From a virus (Duplodnaviria; Caudoviricetes): a stretch of 64,000 nt of DNA. Of this stretch, positions 1 to 10,484 are shown in pieces. The stretch is taken from IMG/VR virus record IMGVR_UViG_3300027804_000038, positions 192,001-256,000 of that record, one strand, 5' to 3'. Positions within the stretch are counted from its first letter, which is position 1. The number at the start of each line of letters is the position of its first letter. Under the pieces are notes generated by a model. It did no database searches and was not told where the DNA came from. It saw nothing but the letters and a program-made list of their open reading frames with translations. The position numbers and the translations under genes are program-made.

Positions 1-124
1 GAAAGAGTTAGACAAATTAAGGAAAGAGGACTTAGGAAAATGAGAAACGAATGTTCTATGTTATTCGATTATCTTTAATTTACTATTTATTAGATTATAA
101 TATTATTTTTTAAACAAAAAATAT

Positions 125-403
125 ATGGAAAAAATACAAAAATATTTACCCTACGCAACAATAGTTTTTATATTTTTAATTCTATTGAAAAGTTGCGGAA
201 CGTCATCAAAAGTACAGATGATTGAAAAAGAAAATAAAGTACTTCGATATAAAGTAGACTCTTTAACTAGTATAACTTTGACGGAAGACAAACTGAAGAA
301 AATAATGGAATCTACGGTACTTTGGAGAACTTTAGAAATTGAAGAACTTTCTGATAAGAACAATATGCCAATAAACCATTATAAAAGTGAATCTCAGAAA
401 TGA
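125..403 (+). CDS. small membrane-anchored protein (lipobox-like LKSC, coiled coil)
   Basis: N-terminal hydrophobic stretch followed by Cys; overlaps next ORF (ATGA). Confidence 0.55.
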   Translation: MEKIQKYLPYATIVFIFLILLKSCGTSSKVQMIEKENKVLRYKVDSLTSITLTEDKLKKIMESTVLWRTLEIEELSDKNNMPINHYKSESQK

Positions 404-1338
404 GAAAATTATTTAAGTGGGTTAAAGATAACCCGAATAGGACCATGTTTTTGGTCCCTATTCTTTTGGTGGCGGGTATATCCATATCACACGTAGTCTC
501 TTGGTACGACATTGCCAACCCAATCAGTTGGGCCATTTATTTGTCAATAGCCATTGAGGTTGCGGCTATGACTGCACTTGTTGCTGCAACAAATAGAATT
601 AAGGGTGGGGTATGGTTCATGTTTATTTTGGTAACTATTATTCAGATGATTGGTAATATATTCTTTTCATTTAAAGAAATAGATGCTAATGGTGACCTTT
701 TTAAGTCTTGGGTTGAACTTACTGGCCCACTTTGGGAAATGTTAGGTTCAGACCCTGGAGATGTTATATCACAAAAAAGGTGGTTAGCATTTTTGGAAGG
801 AGGACTTCTACCAATCATATCTTTAACATCATTACACTTCTTTACAAAATACGATAGAAACACTCCAAATGGAAACGAAGAAGTTAAAGAAGTACCAATG
901 ATTACTAAACCTGATGAAAACATAACTGAAGAAGAATATAGTAAGATTATTGATGAGTTTGTTAAAAGACAAAAAGAAGAATCTGAAAAAATTAAGTACA
1001 CCCCAAAGGAAGAAGATTTAGAAAAATTAGATGAATTTTTAAATAATGTGGGTTATGACGGACCAAAAAAAACTGAGACTGATGAATCAGTTAAATTCAC
1101 ACCTAGTTATGAGGAGTTAAAAAAAATAGAAGATATTTTATTAAATCAATCAAAAAATATCCCACAAGAAGAAGAAATTTTTACTGATAATATTGAAGAC
1201 ATTGAAAAAGTTAAAAGAGCTTTGATTGATTATAATAAAGAGGATATTAATGTTAATGATGACGAAAATGAATACGTTGAATTATCAAATCCCGAACCAA
1301 TAAATAAAGTATTGAATTATTCAAAAAGAGATGAGTGA
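400..1338 (+). CDS. multi-pass membrane protein with acidic C-terminal tail
   Basis: about 5 hydrophobic helices in first 150 aa, then E/D/K-rich tail. Confidence 0.7.
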   Translation: MRKLFKWVKDNPNRTMFLVPILLVAGISISHVVSWYDIANPISWAIYLSIAIEVAAMTALVAATNRIKGGVWFMFILVTIIQMIGNIFFSFKEIDANGDLFKSWVELTGPLWEMLGSDPGDVISQKRWLAFLEGGLLPIISLTSLHFFTKYDRNTPNGNEEVKEVPMITKPDENITEEEYSKIIDEFVKRQKEESEKIKYTPKEEDLEKLDEFLNNVGYDGPKKTETDESVKFTPSYEELKKIEDILLNQSKNIPQEEEIFTDNIEDIEKVKRALIDYNKEDINVNDDENEYVELSNPEPINKVLNYSKRDE

Positions 1339-1927
1339 TGTTATTAAATTTGGAAAATTTAAAAATTTTGAAAAAAATAAAAATAAAAAACAAATAATTC
1401 TTTGTAATTCTTTTAGAAGTTCTGAGAAATATTTAAATTCTTTAAAGTACAGAAATAATGGGGACTATAAAAAAGTCCCCAATTATTTTATTGATATATC
1501 TGGAAAAATAATAAGTCTGTTACCAGATGACTCCGTATCTAATTTCTTTAACGATTATGAAGTTAATAGAAATTCAATAATAATATGTCTTGAAAATAAT
1601 GGATGGTTGAATAAAACACCGTTTAATTTGGGATATATTAATTGGATTGGTGATATTTATAATGGTAAAGTGTTTGAAAGAAAGTGGAGAGATAAGATTT
1701 ATTGGCAAACATATACCGAAGAACAGGTTAATTCCTTAGTTGATATATGTAAAAAAGTAACAAAAAAATTTTCAATCTCAAGAAGGTTCATTGGACACAA
1801 TACAAAAGTTGATGGAGTTAAGATATTTAATGGTATAGTATGTCGAAGTAATTATGATAATCGATATACTGATGTTAATCCATCATTTGACTTTGAAGAA
1901 TTTAAAAAAAGAATTGAAAATGAATGA
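1331..1927 (+). CDS. N-acetylmuramoyl-L-alanine amidase-like (Amidase_2 fold, possibly degenerate)
   Basis: PNYFIDISGKI, NSIIICLEN, YTEEQVNSL, FIGHN and final DVNPSFDF motifs; first Zn-binding His appears replaced. Confidence 0.65.
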   Translation: MSDVIKFGKFKNFEKNKNKKQIILCNSFRSSEKYLNSLKYRNNGDYKKVPNYFIDISGKIISLLPDDSVSNFFNDYEVNRNSIIICLENNGWLNKTPFNLGYINWIGDIYNGKVFERKWRDKIYWQTYTEEQVNSLVDICKKVTKKFSISRRFIGHNTKVDGVKIFNGIVCRSNYDNRYTDVNPSFDFEEFKKRIENE

Positions 1928-2510
1928 AATTGATTTAATAAAAAAACAAATTAGAACTCTTAGAGACATCTATAGTGAAACTAACCCAATTGTTTCAGAG
2001 CACGTAAAAGAAATTAAAGACAAATATTTAATTACCGAAGACGACTCACCAAGGGACATTAATAGATATAATGTACCTAAGTCTACTGAACAAGAAATTG
2101 AAAATGATGAAGGTAAACCAGATGACGTTAGTCAAGGGTATAGAATAAGTGGAGGGGTATTAGTAATTCATGGAGATTCTAGTAAAGAAACCGAGCTAAC
2201 AACTGACGATAAAACTGCTTTCCAAGAAACTATGGATGAGTTTGTTTCTGAAGTTTCAGACTTAGTAAATTTTGGACAACTAAATGTTTATAAAAACAAT
2301 GTTGATTGGTCAGGATTGATAATTGATTTTGATGTTGAATTTTATTTTACAATTGGTGAAAGTAATGGAATATACATGTCAGGTGAAATGATGAAAATTG
2401 ACGAAAATTATTTACAGATGGTTGAGAAATTACAAAAATATTACGAAAAATTTAAATCAAAATGGGCTAAAATATTAGCCGTACGTAAAAAAACCTCACA
2501 AACTAAGTAA
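1920..2510 (+). CDS. hypothetical protein, probably virion-associated
   Basis: ORF track; start moved to MNEIDL overlapping the upstream stop; LITE motif. Confidence 0.65.
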   Translation: MNEIDLIKKQIRTLRDIYSETNPIVSEHVKEIKDKYLITEDDSPRDINRYNVPKSTEQEIENDEGKPDDVSQGYRISGGVLVIHGDSSKETELTTDDKTAFQETMDEFVSEVSDLVNFGQLNVYKNNVDWSGLIIDFDVEFYFTIGESNGIYMSGEMMKIDENYLQMVEKLQKYYEKFKSKWAKILAVRKKTSQTK

Positions 2511-2511
2511 A

Positions 2512-2757
2512 ATGGCACTAACAGCAACAGACAAGAAAGAAATTGAAAAAATTGTAAGACAAGAAATTAAACAATTTTTGAATGCTAATACAACTAAACA
2601 ATATGAAGATAAATTAATTGATTTAGTCGCTAAAGAAGTTAAGAAAGGTAAAATTGAGGGTGAGGTTAAAGACATTGTTATTAAAATATTTAGAGAATTC
2701 TATCAATTCATGTGGACACAAAGAAGTTACTGGGAACCACGATTAAAAAATGCTTAA
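2512..2757 (+). CDS. hypothetical protein
   Basis: ORF track, tight operon packing. Confidence 0.65.
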   Translation: MALTATDKKEIEKIVRQEIKQFLNANTTKQYEDKLIDLVAKEVKKGKIEGEVKDIVIKIFREFYQFMWTQRSYWEPRLKNA

Positions 2758-2762
2758 ATAAT

Positions 2763-3605
2763 ATGGATTTAAAAACTCAACTTTTAAAAAAAATACAACA
2801 AGAATACAGTAAAGATTCTAGAACGACTGGCACTGATAGTGCTATTGAGATTGCGGATTATAAAAGTCAACTTAAAGAAAAATGGTCCGAAAAGTATAAG
2901 AACTCAATAAACTGTAAAAACCCAAAGGGGTTTAGTCAAAGAGCTCACTGCCAAGGAAAAAAGAAAAAAAGTGAAAACAAAGAAGCGATGGGGGCATCAT
3001 CTGCAGGTGCCTATTCAGGACCCTTATTTACTAAAATGAATGAAGAAAAATTAAAAGGTGGTTTAGCCGACAATAAAACTTTAAAAGATATTGCAATAAA
3101 ACATGCTTACGACGACTCAAAGGACTCAACATCTAATGAGAAGATTATGAGTATGTATAAAAAATTAAAGTTACAATTTAAAGAAGGTATTAAAGTAGAG
3201 ATGGAACATACTAAAGATAAAGAAAAGGCTAAAGAGATTGCTATGGACCATTTGTTTGAAGACCCTAATTACTATGATAAGTTAAAAAAAGTTGAGGCTA
3301 AAGAAGCAACAACTTCAGCATCGTCAGGACAATATTCAGGACCTGCGTTCGGGGCCAAATCAATGAGTCCTAAAGATTGGAGAGGAAGAGCTAAAACAAC
3401 ATATCCTGGAGGTTCATTTGTACAAGTAAAAAAGAAATGTAAGAATTTTCCATATTGTAATCAGGGAGATATTAACGCACTAAACCTGAGTAAAAGTAAA
3501 AAAGTTAAAAGAAGTGCTAAAAAACTTTCTGAAAAATATAATATTAGTGAGGAATTGATAATTGAGTTTTTTACTAAAGAAATAATGAAAAAGATAAAAA
3601 AATAA
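2763..3605 (+). CDS. modular large-phage protein (DUF5661-like GIKVEMEHT...DHLFEDPNYY module)
   Basis: short modules WSEKYKNSINCKNPKGFSQRAHC and GIKVEMEHTKDKEKAKEIAMDHL. Confidence 0.7.
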   Translation: MDLKTQLLKKIQQEYSKDSRTTGTDSAIEIADYKSQLKEKWSEKYKNSINCKNPKGFSQRAHCQGKKKKSENKEAMGASSAGAYSGPLFTKMNEEKLKGGLADNKTLKDIAIKHAYDDSKDSTSNEKIMSMYKKLKLQFKEGIKVEMEHTKDKEKAKEIAMDHLFEDPNYYDKLKKVEAKEATTSASSGQYSGPAFGAKSMSPKDWRGRAKTTYPGGSFVQVKKKCKNFPYCNQGDINALNLSKSKKVKRSAKKLSEKYNISEELIIEFFTKEIMKKIKK

Positions 3606-3628
3606 CTATTTATATAAAAAAATTAAAA

Positions 3629-4819
3629 ATGAGAAAAATTAATAATTTAGTAAATAAAATTTTATCTGAGTCTTTAACTAAAAAGGCTAGTGAAATTACT
3701 GAGAAAATAAAAAATAAGTTAAAATATAATGAGTTTGACTATGTTGCCGAAACTGAAATGAATGAAAAGTGGAAAGGTGATGTTGAGGTTGAAAAAACTG
3801 GAGAATATTCTGACATGAGTATTTCTGAAATTAACTCAGAAATTAAAAAATTAAAATCTAAAACTGAAAAGTATAAAGAAGAAGGTAAAAAAGTCCCAAC
3901 CTCAATGAAAGAAAAAATGAGTGAACTTTATTTTGCTAAAAGAGCTAAACAAGGATGGAAAGGAAAGGGTAAAGCGGTTGTTGATGAGGAAGAAATGGAA
4001 GAAGGAAATGCTTTTACAGGAGCACTTGCAAAGGCAAAAGAAATGGGAAAAGATACTTTTGAAGTTGGAGGTAAAGAGTTTAAAGTACAAAAAGAATCAA
4101 TTGTCTACCAAGTGGAAATTGATGGTGAATTAATTAATTTATCTGAAAATGAAATGGTGGATATGATTGAGGATATTGTTTTAGAAGAAAAAATTAAGTC
4201 TAATATAAGAGGTACTGGTAAAGCTAAGGGAACTGTTGAGTACGATAGAGTACATAAAAAAGACGAGGATATTAATGAAAAAGCAATAAATGATGTTGCT
4301 AAAAAAATGGAGGAATACGTTAAACCTGGGTCTAAATCCAAATTTGACATGAATCCTAAAACTTTCCCAAAAGGTAATGGTGAATTAGGAGAAATGTCTA
4401 AAAAGGCATACCAAGCCTCAGATGCCGTTGAAGAGTATATCACCAATTTTGCATATGCTCCAGGTATGGAAAATTTGAAAACAGATGAAATTGATTACAA
4501 TGACGAGTGGGTTACAAAAAATATTGAAGGTTCTGAACTAACAGGTAATTCTCCAAAATACGCAAATGCTGTCGATACTGGATTTGGTAAAAAGATAAAC
4601 AAAAAGAGAAAAGAAAATTGGTATCAAAAAGAGTTAGACCAAAGTTATAATAGAGTTACCCAACCAGTAGACAACGCTGGAGATTCAAAAAAAGACGGTA
4701 AGTTAAAAAATATGTTTAAAAAATTGAAAGAATCTGAAAATGAAGAAACTGAAAATATCTTAAACGAAGAAATGGTTAAAATGAAACATCTTTTAACTTA
4801 CAATAAAAAAACACAATAA
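3629..4819 (+). CDS. charged late protein, possibly head-internal or scaffold
   Basis: TATTTATA at 3607; leader ending ILSE; E/K-rich. Confidence 0.7.
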   Translation: MRKINNLVNKILSESLTKKASEITEKIKNKLKYNEFDYVAETEMNEKWKGDVEVEKTGEYSDMSISEINSEIKKLKSKTEKYKEEGKKVPTSMKEKMSELYFAKRAKQGWKGKGKAVVDEEEMEEGNAFTGALAKAKEMGKDTFEVGGKEFKVQKESIVYQVEIDGELINLSENEMVDMIEDIVLEEKIKSNIRGTGKAKGTVEYDRVHKKDEDINEKAINDVAKKMEEYVKPGSKSKFDMNPKTFPKGNGELGEMSKKAYQASDAVEEYITNFAYAPGMENLKTDEIDYNDEWVTKNIEGSELTGNSPKYANAVDTGFGKKINKKRKENWYQKELDQSYNRVTQPVDNAGDSKKDGKLKNMFKKLKESENEETENILNEEMVKMKHLLTYNKKTQ

Positions 4820-4867
4820 TTTACATATTAATTTTTATAGTTATAATTCTCCATATGAATAATACAT

Positions 4868-5344
4868 ATGGAGAATTTTTTTACATACATATCTAAACCT
4901 GTTGATAAGGAAGATGTTCAAATTTGGATTGAACGAAATAATATATGTTATGTTAAGTTCGAATTATTTCATGATTTTGTTAATTCTTTAATACATTTAA
5001 TTTATACAACATATCTTGGAAATAATGTTGATAAAAGCACCAACATATATTTTAGTGATGAGGACAATCTTAAACATTTTATTTGGTGTTGGCAAAAAGT
5101 AATAAGTAATTTTAAAAAAGAAGAAATTTATTTTGAAGAGGACGGAGAGCATCTCGAATTCTTCAAAGGGTTTATTGTCGACACATTCTATAAACAAAAA
5201 ATAAATGAGGTAAAGTATTCCTTAGACAGATTCTTCAACGAAATATTTAATCTTGACTCAATGTATACAATGTCTGATTTGGACTTATTAAAAACAGTAT
5301 ATAAAAGTTTAGATAAAAATTTAATGAATAATAATTTACATTGA
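4868..5344 (+). CDS. hypothetical protein
   Basis: ORF track. Confidence 0.65.
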   Translation: MENFFTYISKPVDKEDVQIWIERNNICYVKFELFHDFVNSLIHLIYTTYLGNNVDKSTNIYFSDEDNLKHFIWCWQKVISNFKKEEIYFEEDGEHLEFFKGFIVDTFYKQKINEVKYSLDRFFNEIFNLDSMYTMSDLDLLKTVYKSLDKNLMNNNLH

Positions 5345-5397
5345 TTAAAATAGAAATTATTTTTAATATTATAATAAACAATTTTTTTTAAACACAA

Positions 5398-5574
5398 ATG
5401 GAAACAATTGAAAAAATTAAAGAACTTACAGAAACAATTTCAGTTGACGCTGGTAAGTTTTATAAGGGTAACAAAAGTGCAGGTACAAGAGCTCGTAAGA
5501 CTGCTCAAGAATTGAAATCTTTGTTACAGACACTTAGAGTTGAAATTTTGAACGAATCTAAGAAAGATGCTTAA
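5398..5574 (+). CDS. histone H1-like (Hc1-family) DNA-binding protein, 58 aa
   Basis: manually translated METIEKIKELTETISVDAGKFYKGNKSAGTRARKTAQELK...; GNKxAGTRARK motif; below ORF-track cutoff. Confidence 0.75.
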   Translation: METIEKIKELTETISVDAGKFYKGNKSAGTRARKTAQELKSLLQTLRVEILNESKKDA

Positions 5575-5749
5575 TATAACAACTATATTTATTTTCTTAT
5601 TCGTTCTAAACATCTTTAATGTGTTGAACGTTTTTTTAAGATTTATAAGAGCTTTATTAAAACCTGAAAGATTTAGTATGGGAAAAATAGAGCTCTTATT
5701 TTTCTGGATATCATTATCATACATTATAACATTTATACTACAAAATTAA
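5567..5749 (+). CDS. small two-helix membrane protein
   Basis: two hydrophobic segments. Confidence 0.55.
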   Translation: MLNITTIFIFLFVLNIFNVLNVFLRFIRALLKPERFSMGKIELLFFWISLSYIITFILQN

Positions 5750-6189
5750 TGGGTTTATATAAAGAACTTTCACCAATTTCTAACTATCTTCATCAAATAA
5801 GAAAAATGGAAGATTATTTAGTCTTTGATATGCATTTTCCAAATACATGGAAGATATTAAAAAAATTTATTACTGAGGATAGATTTGTAAATCATGGACA
5901 AATTGAAACTGATAAAATGATGTTATCATTTGTTTCTGAAATTACAGATGAAAATTTAACATTAGTACATAGTAATATTTTAGGTATTATTAATTACAAT
6001 TTGGAAAGAGAAATGAAAGATAGGTTACTACAATCTAAGATAGATGAACTAAGAACAATTTTTGAAAAACAAACCTTAGATAATTTAAAGTCTCTTAAAT
6101 TTGATATAAAACCAACTTTAGAAATTAATTTAAATACAAATGGAAAATCAAAAAATGATGAATTGGTTAGAGAAAGCCAAGAAGAATGA
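5749..6189 (+). CDS. hypothetical protein
   Basis: ORF track. Confidence 0.65.
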   Translation: MGLYKELSPISNYLHQIRKMEDYLVFDMHFPNTWKILKKFITEDRFVNHGQIETDKMMLSFVSEITDENLTLVHSNILGIINYNLEREMKDRLLQSKIDELRTIFEKQTLDNLKSLKFDIKPTLEINLNTNGKSKNDELVRESQEE

Positions 6190-6285
6190 TAGTATTGAAT
6201 TAGAAGCTGAAAAGAAAAAAATTGTACAACAAATTAAAGGATTAAGTAAGGAAGACGTAATCCCAAGACAAGTCAAATTAACATT

Positions 6286-6510
6286 ATGGCAGAGAATAAA
6301 AAAAGCACTGAATTTCTAAGTAAATTAGCATTATTAACCGACGCAGCACAAGATTTGTGTAATGGTAAGGTTAGTATTATCTTTGAGTTGAATTTAGAAG
6401 ATTTCAGAAATATGTATTTAAAATTTGAAGATAAAGTGGACACAGAAAAAAAACAATTTAAAGTAGATATATCAGGTACCGATTTTATTTTTATTTTAGA
6501 TGAGTCGTAG
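6286..6510 (+). CDS. hypothetical protein
   Basis: ORF track. Confidence 0.6.
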   Translation: MAENKKSTEFLSKLALLTDAAQDLCNGKVSIIFELNLEDFRNMYLKFEDKVDTEKKQFKVDISGTDFIFILDES

Positions 6511-7126
6511 TATTTCTATATAAGAAATCTTTATTATACCCATAATTTTCTAAAATCTGATACAGATATTTTTTTTGAGGACTTGAAAAATCTTTAACTA
6601 TTATAAAATTTTTCTTATCTGAATATTTTGGTAGTAAATCTAAAAGTCTATCACAGTCGTATTCATTTTTCAACGAGAAAAGAGTGTACACATCATCAAA
6701 TTGTATAACAAACTTATTATTAAGTTTTGATATCATATATATTTTATTTTCATTTAAGTAAGATTTTAATAAATCATCAAAAGATATCCTCTTATTTTTT
6801 TTTACGTCAAAAATCTTTTCTTCTTTATTATATATTGAAATCTTATTAAGATATAAGTTAGAATCTAATTTAGGGTTTATAATAATATTTCTACCAATTT
6901 CATCAGTATAATGTATTTGGTCTTGTTTCCAGTTACTAGATACTAAACCTATTTTATACTGACATTTAATTCCATTTTCATATTGGATGTTAAATTTTAC
7001 GTTTTCAGATTCTTTTATTTTTTTATTAAAAAATTCATTTGCATTATTTTCAGTTATGAAAGTTTTAAGAACCTTTCTTTTTTTATTATTTTTGAATATT
7101 ATTACATAGAAATTTGATTCTTTCAT
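6491..7126 (-). CDS. hypothetical protein
   Basis: 211-aa ORF, no competing long frame. Confidence 0.65.
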   Translation of the reverse strand: MKESNFYVIIFKNNKKRKVLKTFITENNANEFFNKKIKESENVKFNIQYENGIKCQYKIGLVSSNWKQDQIHYTDEIGRNIIINPKLDSNLYLNKISIYNKEEKIFDVKKNKRISFDDLLKSYLNENKIYMISKLNNKFVIQFDDVYTLFSLKNEYDCDRLLDLLPKYSDKKNFIIVKDFSSPQKKYLYQILENYGYNKDFLYRNTTTHLK

Positions 7127-7164
7127 AATTTTAATTTTAATAAAATTTTTAAAAAGATATAGAG

Positions 7165-8088
7165 TTGGAAAACTATTATGATATTTTAGGAGTCGCGGAA
7201 ACCGCTACACAAGATGAAATTAAAAAGGCTTACAGACAAAAGTCAAAAGAACATCATCCTGATAAGGGAGGTAACGAGGAAACTTTTAAAAAGATAAATG
7301 AGGCGTATACTACTTTGGGTGACGATAATAAAAAAGTCCAGTATGATAACCAAAGAAAGAACCCATTTGGTAATAATCCTTTCGGTGATATATTTGGAGA
7401 TTTTTTTGGAGGTTTTGGAGGACAACAAGTTAAAAGGGCTCCTGATAAGATTATAAATGTACAAGTAGGTGCCGTAGATTCTTATTTAGGTAAAGAAATA
7501 AATATATTTTTTAACAGGAAAAATAATTGTCAACCTTGTAATGGACAAGGAGGAACTAGAAATACTTGTAAAAAATGTAATGGTAGCGGATTTATTACAC
7601 AAAGAGTTGGTAATGCGTTTTTCTCTAACATTATACAAACTCATTGTAATGAGTGTAATGGTAAAGGTTATAGTCTAACTAATGTTTGTCAATCATGTTT
7701 AGGAGAGGGAAGAATCGACGAAACAAAATCAGTCTCAGTTAATCTCCCAAAAGGAATATCTGACGGGCAGTTAATAAAGGCTGGGGGAATGGGTGATTAC
7801 TCTAACGGTATGTTTGGTGATGTTATATTTAAAATTAATATTATACCACAAGCGGGATTTGAAAAATCAGGTTCCGACTTAGTTTATAATAAATTTATGT
7901 CATTAGATGATTTTACTAAAGAAAAAATCCAAATTCCACATCCATCAGGTGATTTAAATTTAACATTACCTGACGACATAGACACAAGTAAACCACTTAA
8001 AGTAAAAGGTAAGGGTTACCAAAATGAAAATGGTGATTTATATGTTAGAATGTATGTTAGACATAGAAAAAATAAGTTAGATTATTGA
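7165..8088 (+). CDS. dnaJ: DnaJ chaperone
   Basis: J domain with HPD, G/F linker, four CxxCxGxG repeats, C-terminal domain; TTG start. Confidence 0.95.
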   Translation: MENYYDILGVAETATQDEIKKAYRQKSKEHHPDKGGNEETFKKINEAYTTLGDDNKKVQYDNQRKNPFGNNPFGDIFGDFFGGFGGQQVKRAPDKIINVQVGAVDSYLGKEINIFFNRKNNCQPCNGQGGTRNTCKKCNGSGFITQRVGNAFFSNIIQTHCNECNGKGYSLTNVCQSCLGEGRIDETKSVSVNLPKGISDGQLIKAGGMGDYSNGMFGDVIFKINIIPQAGFEKSGSDLVYNKFMSLDDFTKEKIQIPHPSGDLNLTLPDDIDTSKPLKVKGKGYQNENGDLYVRMYVRHRKNKLDY

Positions 8089-8955
8089 ACTAACTAACTT
8101 ATCAACATCAAACATTTCGGAAATTGACATATAAGGACACTCGTGGTTTATTCCCTCAAATGAGTAGTCAAATAAATATGAATCTATCAATTTTACTGTG
8201 TCTGAAGGTAAATTAGCAACAATGTTATTGTGTAAATCGTAACCAAAATTTTTGGGTGAAGTACCAATCCAAATTACGTTAGACTTTAGACCAAGAGCTG
8301 ACGATGCATGTTGTAAACATGAATCAATTAGGATTCTTTTATCTGACACTAAAAGAATTGAGAATAAATCATTAGATGATAACTCATCATTAACAACCTC
8401 AACACCACTGAGTTGTCTAGAAGATGGTTTACAAATTTGAATTATATGGTGAGTCCTTTCAAATTTTTTAACCAAAGACTGAGATACGTCAAAAGGAATA
8501 TCTCTAGTCCATGAATATGGTTGTTTTGAATTAAAGGCACCTCCATTAGTTTGTATAACTAAAATAGGTTTTTCTCTGTACCATTTATTAGATGACCTTT
8601 TTTGTGGTAAATTTAAGTTAAGTACTGGAGTTTGATTTTTATAATCAATACCTAACAAATCAGCCCAATTTTCAATTAGATGGGATTTTTTATGAATATG
8701 ATTTGATTGATAATATGGTTCATGTCTGAAAATTATGGTGTCCTTATCTTTTATATAATCATCATAAAAATATTGAGTGTTACCTAATTTATAAACTCTA
8801 TATATCGAATCATTATTTAAAAATACTTCAGGATATGATGCAACGACTACTATTTTTCTATCTGAATATTTTTCTTTAAGTGAAGATAGTAATGAAGTTG
8901 CCGCAATATTTTTTCCTAAACCACCCTGTATGTGCCAAACTATATATTTTTCCAT
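8077..8955 (-). CDS. glycosyltransferase-like protein (GT9-like)
   Basis: GGLGKNIAAT start, IDSCLQHA motif; sits in sulfation cluster. Confidence 0.55.
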   Translation of the reverse strand: MEKYIVWHIQGGLGKNIAATSLLSSLKEKYSDRKIVVVASYPEVFLNNDSIYRVYKLGNTQYFYDDYIKDKDTIIFRHEPYYQSNHIHKKSHLIENWADLLGIDYKNQTPVLNLNLPQKRSSNKWYREKPILVIQTNGGAFNSKQPYSWTRDIPFDVSQSLVKKFERTHHIIQICKPSSRQLSGVEVVNDELSSNDLFSILLVSDKRILIDSCLQHASSALGLKSNVIWIGTSPKNFGYDLHNNIVANLPSDTVKLIDSYLFDYSFEGINHECPYMSISEMFDVDKLVSSII

Positions 8956-9398
8956 TATTTTTTTGTCCCAATTCTTATAAATTTATACCAAACACGCTCA
9001 TGAATAAAGTAAACTATAGGTTTAAATAACAATTCACCAATACCAATTAGAGATGATAGTTCTAATGAAATACCTAAAGAAAAAGCTGAACCAACTGTTA
9101 TTAAAGTACCTAATATACGATAAGAAATTGTTTTTAAAATGTGTCTTGTAAGTACCGATTCTTCTTTAATTGTAGTTATATAGGCTACAGTATTTTTTAA
9201 TTCACATACTCCTTTACAGCTAATATGCCACTTAAATTCATTTAATTCGGGAACCCAATCCTTAGTTGTATAAGTATGACCATCAACAATTATATCGGAA
9301 ACTAAAATTTCATTACCGTTTTCAATTAGTCTCCATCTCTCACATTCATTTGTTGAGTTAGTATTGTATCTTATTTGAAAAGTTTTTATATTCTTCAT
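8955..9398 (-). CDS. protein with C-terminal DUF2061-like membrane domain
   Basis: RHILKTISYRILGT...YFIHERVW motif. Confidence 0.7.
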   Translation of the reverse strand: MKNIKTFQIRYNTNSTNECERWRLIENGNEILVSDIIVDGHTYTTKDWVPELNEFKWHISCKGVCELKNTVAYITTIKEESVLTRHILKTISYRILGTLITVGSAFSLGISLELSSLIGIGELLFKPIVYFIHERVWYKFIRIGTKK

Positions 9399-9793
9399 AA
9401 TTTACCTTCAAGCCTCATTTGTTCCCTTATTTTAGTTGCAGAAATGTCGTGTATTTCTTGTGGAGGGATTCTTTCAATAATATCATATCCAACACCTCTA
9501 CCAAATTCTATTGAACATATATCAGGTATAACCATCACTTTAACCCTATCACTCAATTCTGAATAGTGTAACTCAATATTACTTTTAACTTCTTGTGCGG
9601 TAAATGGATTTTTTTCATCTGGCTCAATATCTCTAATACAAATTAGAACATTCTTACCTTCATCCATAGCTTGTTTAAATAGCTCCTGGTGTCCTTTATG
9701 TAGAGGTTGCCACCTACCAACAAACATTGCAAATTGACCATCTTTTGATTTTAAAGAGGATTGAACGTGAAGTTTTTTATCCCAATTACTCAT
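9395..9793 (-). CDS. HxGH-class nucleotidyltransferase (cytidyltransferase-like)
   Basis: GRWQPLHKGH and ISATKIR motifs. Confidence 0.85.
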   Translation of the reverse strand: MSNWDKKLHVQSSLKSKDGQFAMFVGRWQPLHKGHQELFKQAMDEGKNVLICIRDIEPDEKNPFTAQEVKSNIELHYSELSDRVKVMVIPDICSIEFGRGVGYDIIERIPPQEIHDISATKIREQMRLEGKL

Positions 9794-10218
9794 TTTCTAT
9801 TAAAAGGTATTAAATTAAGACATTCGTCTATAGTTTTATTTGTTGTATCGATATTAATAAAGTCTTCAGTTGGTTGTTCATATTCCTTAACAAAATTATG
9901 TTCTCTACCCCTGATTTCACTTGTGTGAACATATATTTCACAAACTTCATTAGTTTCCTTTAATGAGTTTCTCATTTTTTTATAAGGAGCAACAACAGAA
10001 ATAACAACAGTAAATCCCTTGTGGTCTAAAAATCTAGCTAAATCTAATACAGATTGGATATTTTTAATTCTACCTTCTGAAGAATAATCAAAGTTTTGAA
10101 ATAGTTCTCTCAAACCATCTCCATCAACATTAATACAATTATCTGAACACTTCTCAATTAAAGCGTTTGCTAATGTTGTTTTTCCTGCACCAGGTTGACC
10201 TGTAAACCAATAAATCAT
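9790..10218 (-). CDS. cysC: adenylyl-sulfate kinase
   Basis: WFTGQPGAGKTT P-loop, DGDxLR, YEQP motifs. Confidence 0.85.
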   Translation of the reverse strand: MIYWFTGQPGAGKTTLANALIEKCSDNCINVDGDGLRELFQNFDYSSEGRIKNIQSVLDLARFLDHKGFTVVISVVAPYKKMRNSLKETNEVCEIYVHTSEIRGREHNFVKEYEQPTEDFINIDTTNKTIDECLNLIPFNRK

Positions 10219-10478
10219 TGTGATATGTAGTTTTTACCCGATTGAATTGAATCGTTAATATCCTGTAGTTGGTTTTGAGTTAATCCTGACATAAACCAAT
10301 CTTTATTTTTCATCAATTCTAAATGTTTATAGTTTCTTTCTACAGTATTTTTTTTTGTGTCAATATCGTCATTAATAAGTTTAGACCCATCGATTATACC
10401 ATTTATTAGGTTCACTGAGTCAAATGCTGAATTAATTGACCTTGCAACATTTGGAACTCTTTCTTTTTCGTTATCCAT
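10215..10478 (-). CDS. hypothetical protein
   Basis: ORF track, operon packing. Confidence 0.6.
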   Translation of the reverse strand: MDNEKERVPNVARSINSAFDSVNLINGIIDGSKLINDDIDTKKNTVERNYKHLELMKNKDWFMSGLTQNQLQDINDSIQSGKNYISQ

Positions 10479-10484
10479 ATTATT

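Noticed and set aside
125-1927. Spanin-holin-amidase lysis cassette
   Set aside because: The layout is suggestive, but no diagnostic motifs are present, the amidase looks degenerate, and a clear lysozyme lies elsewhere.
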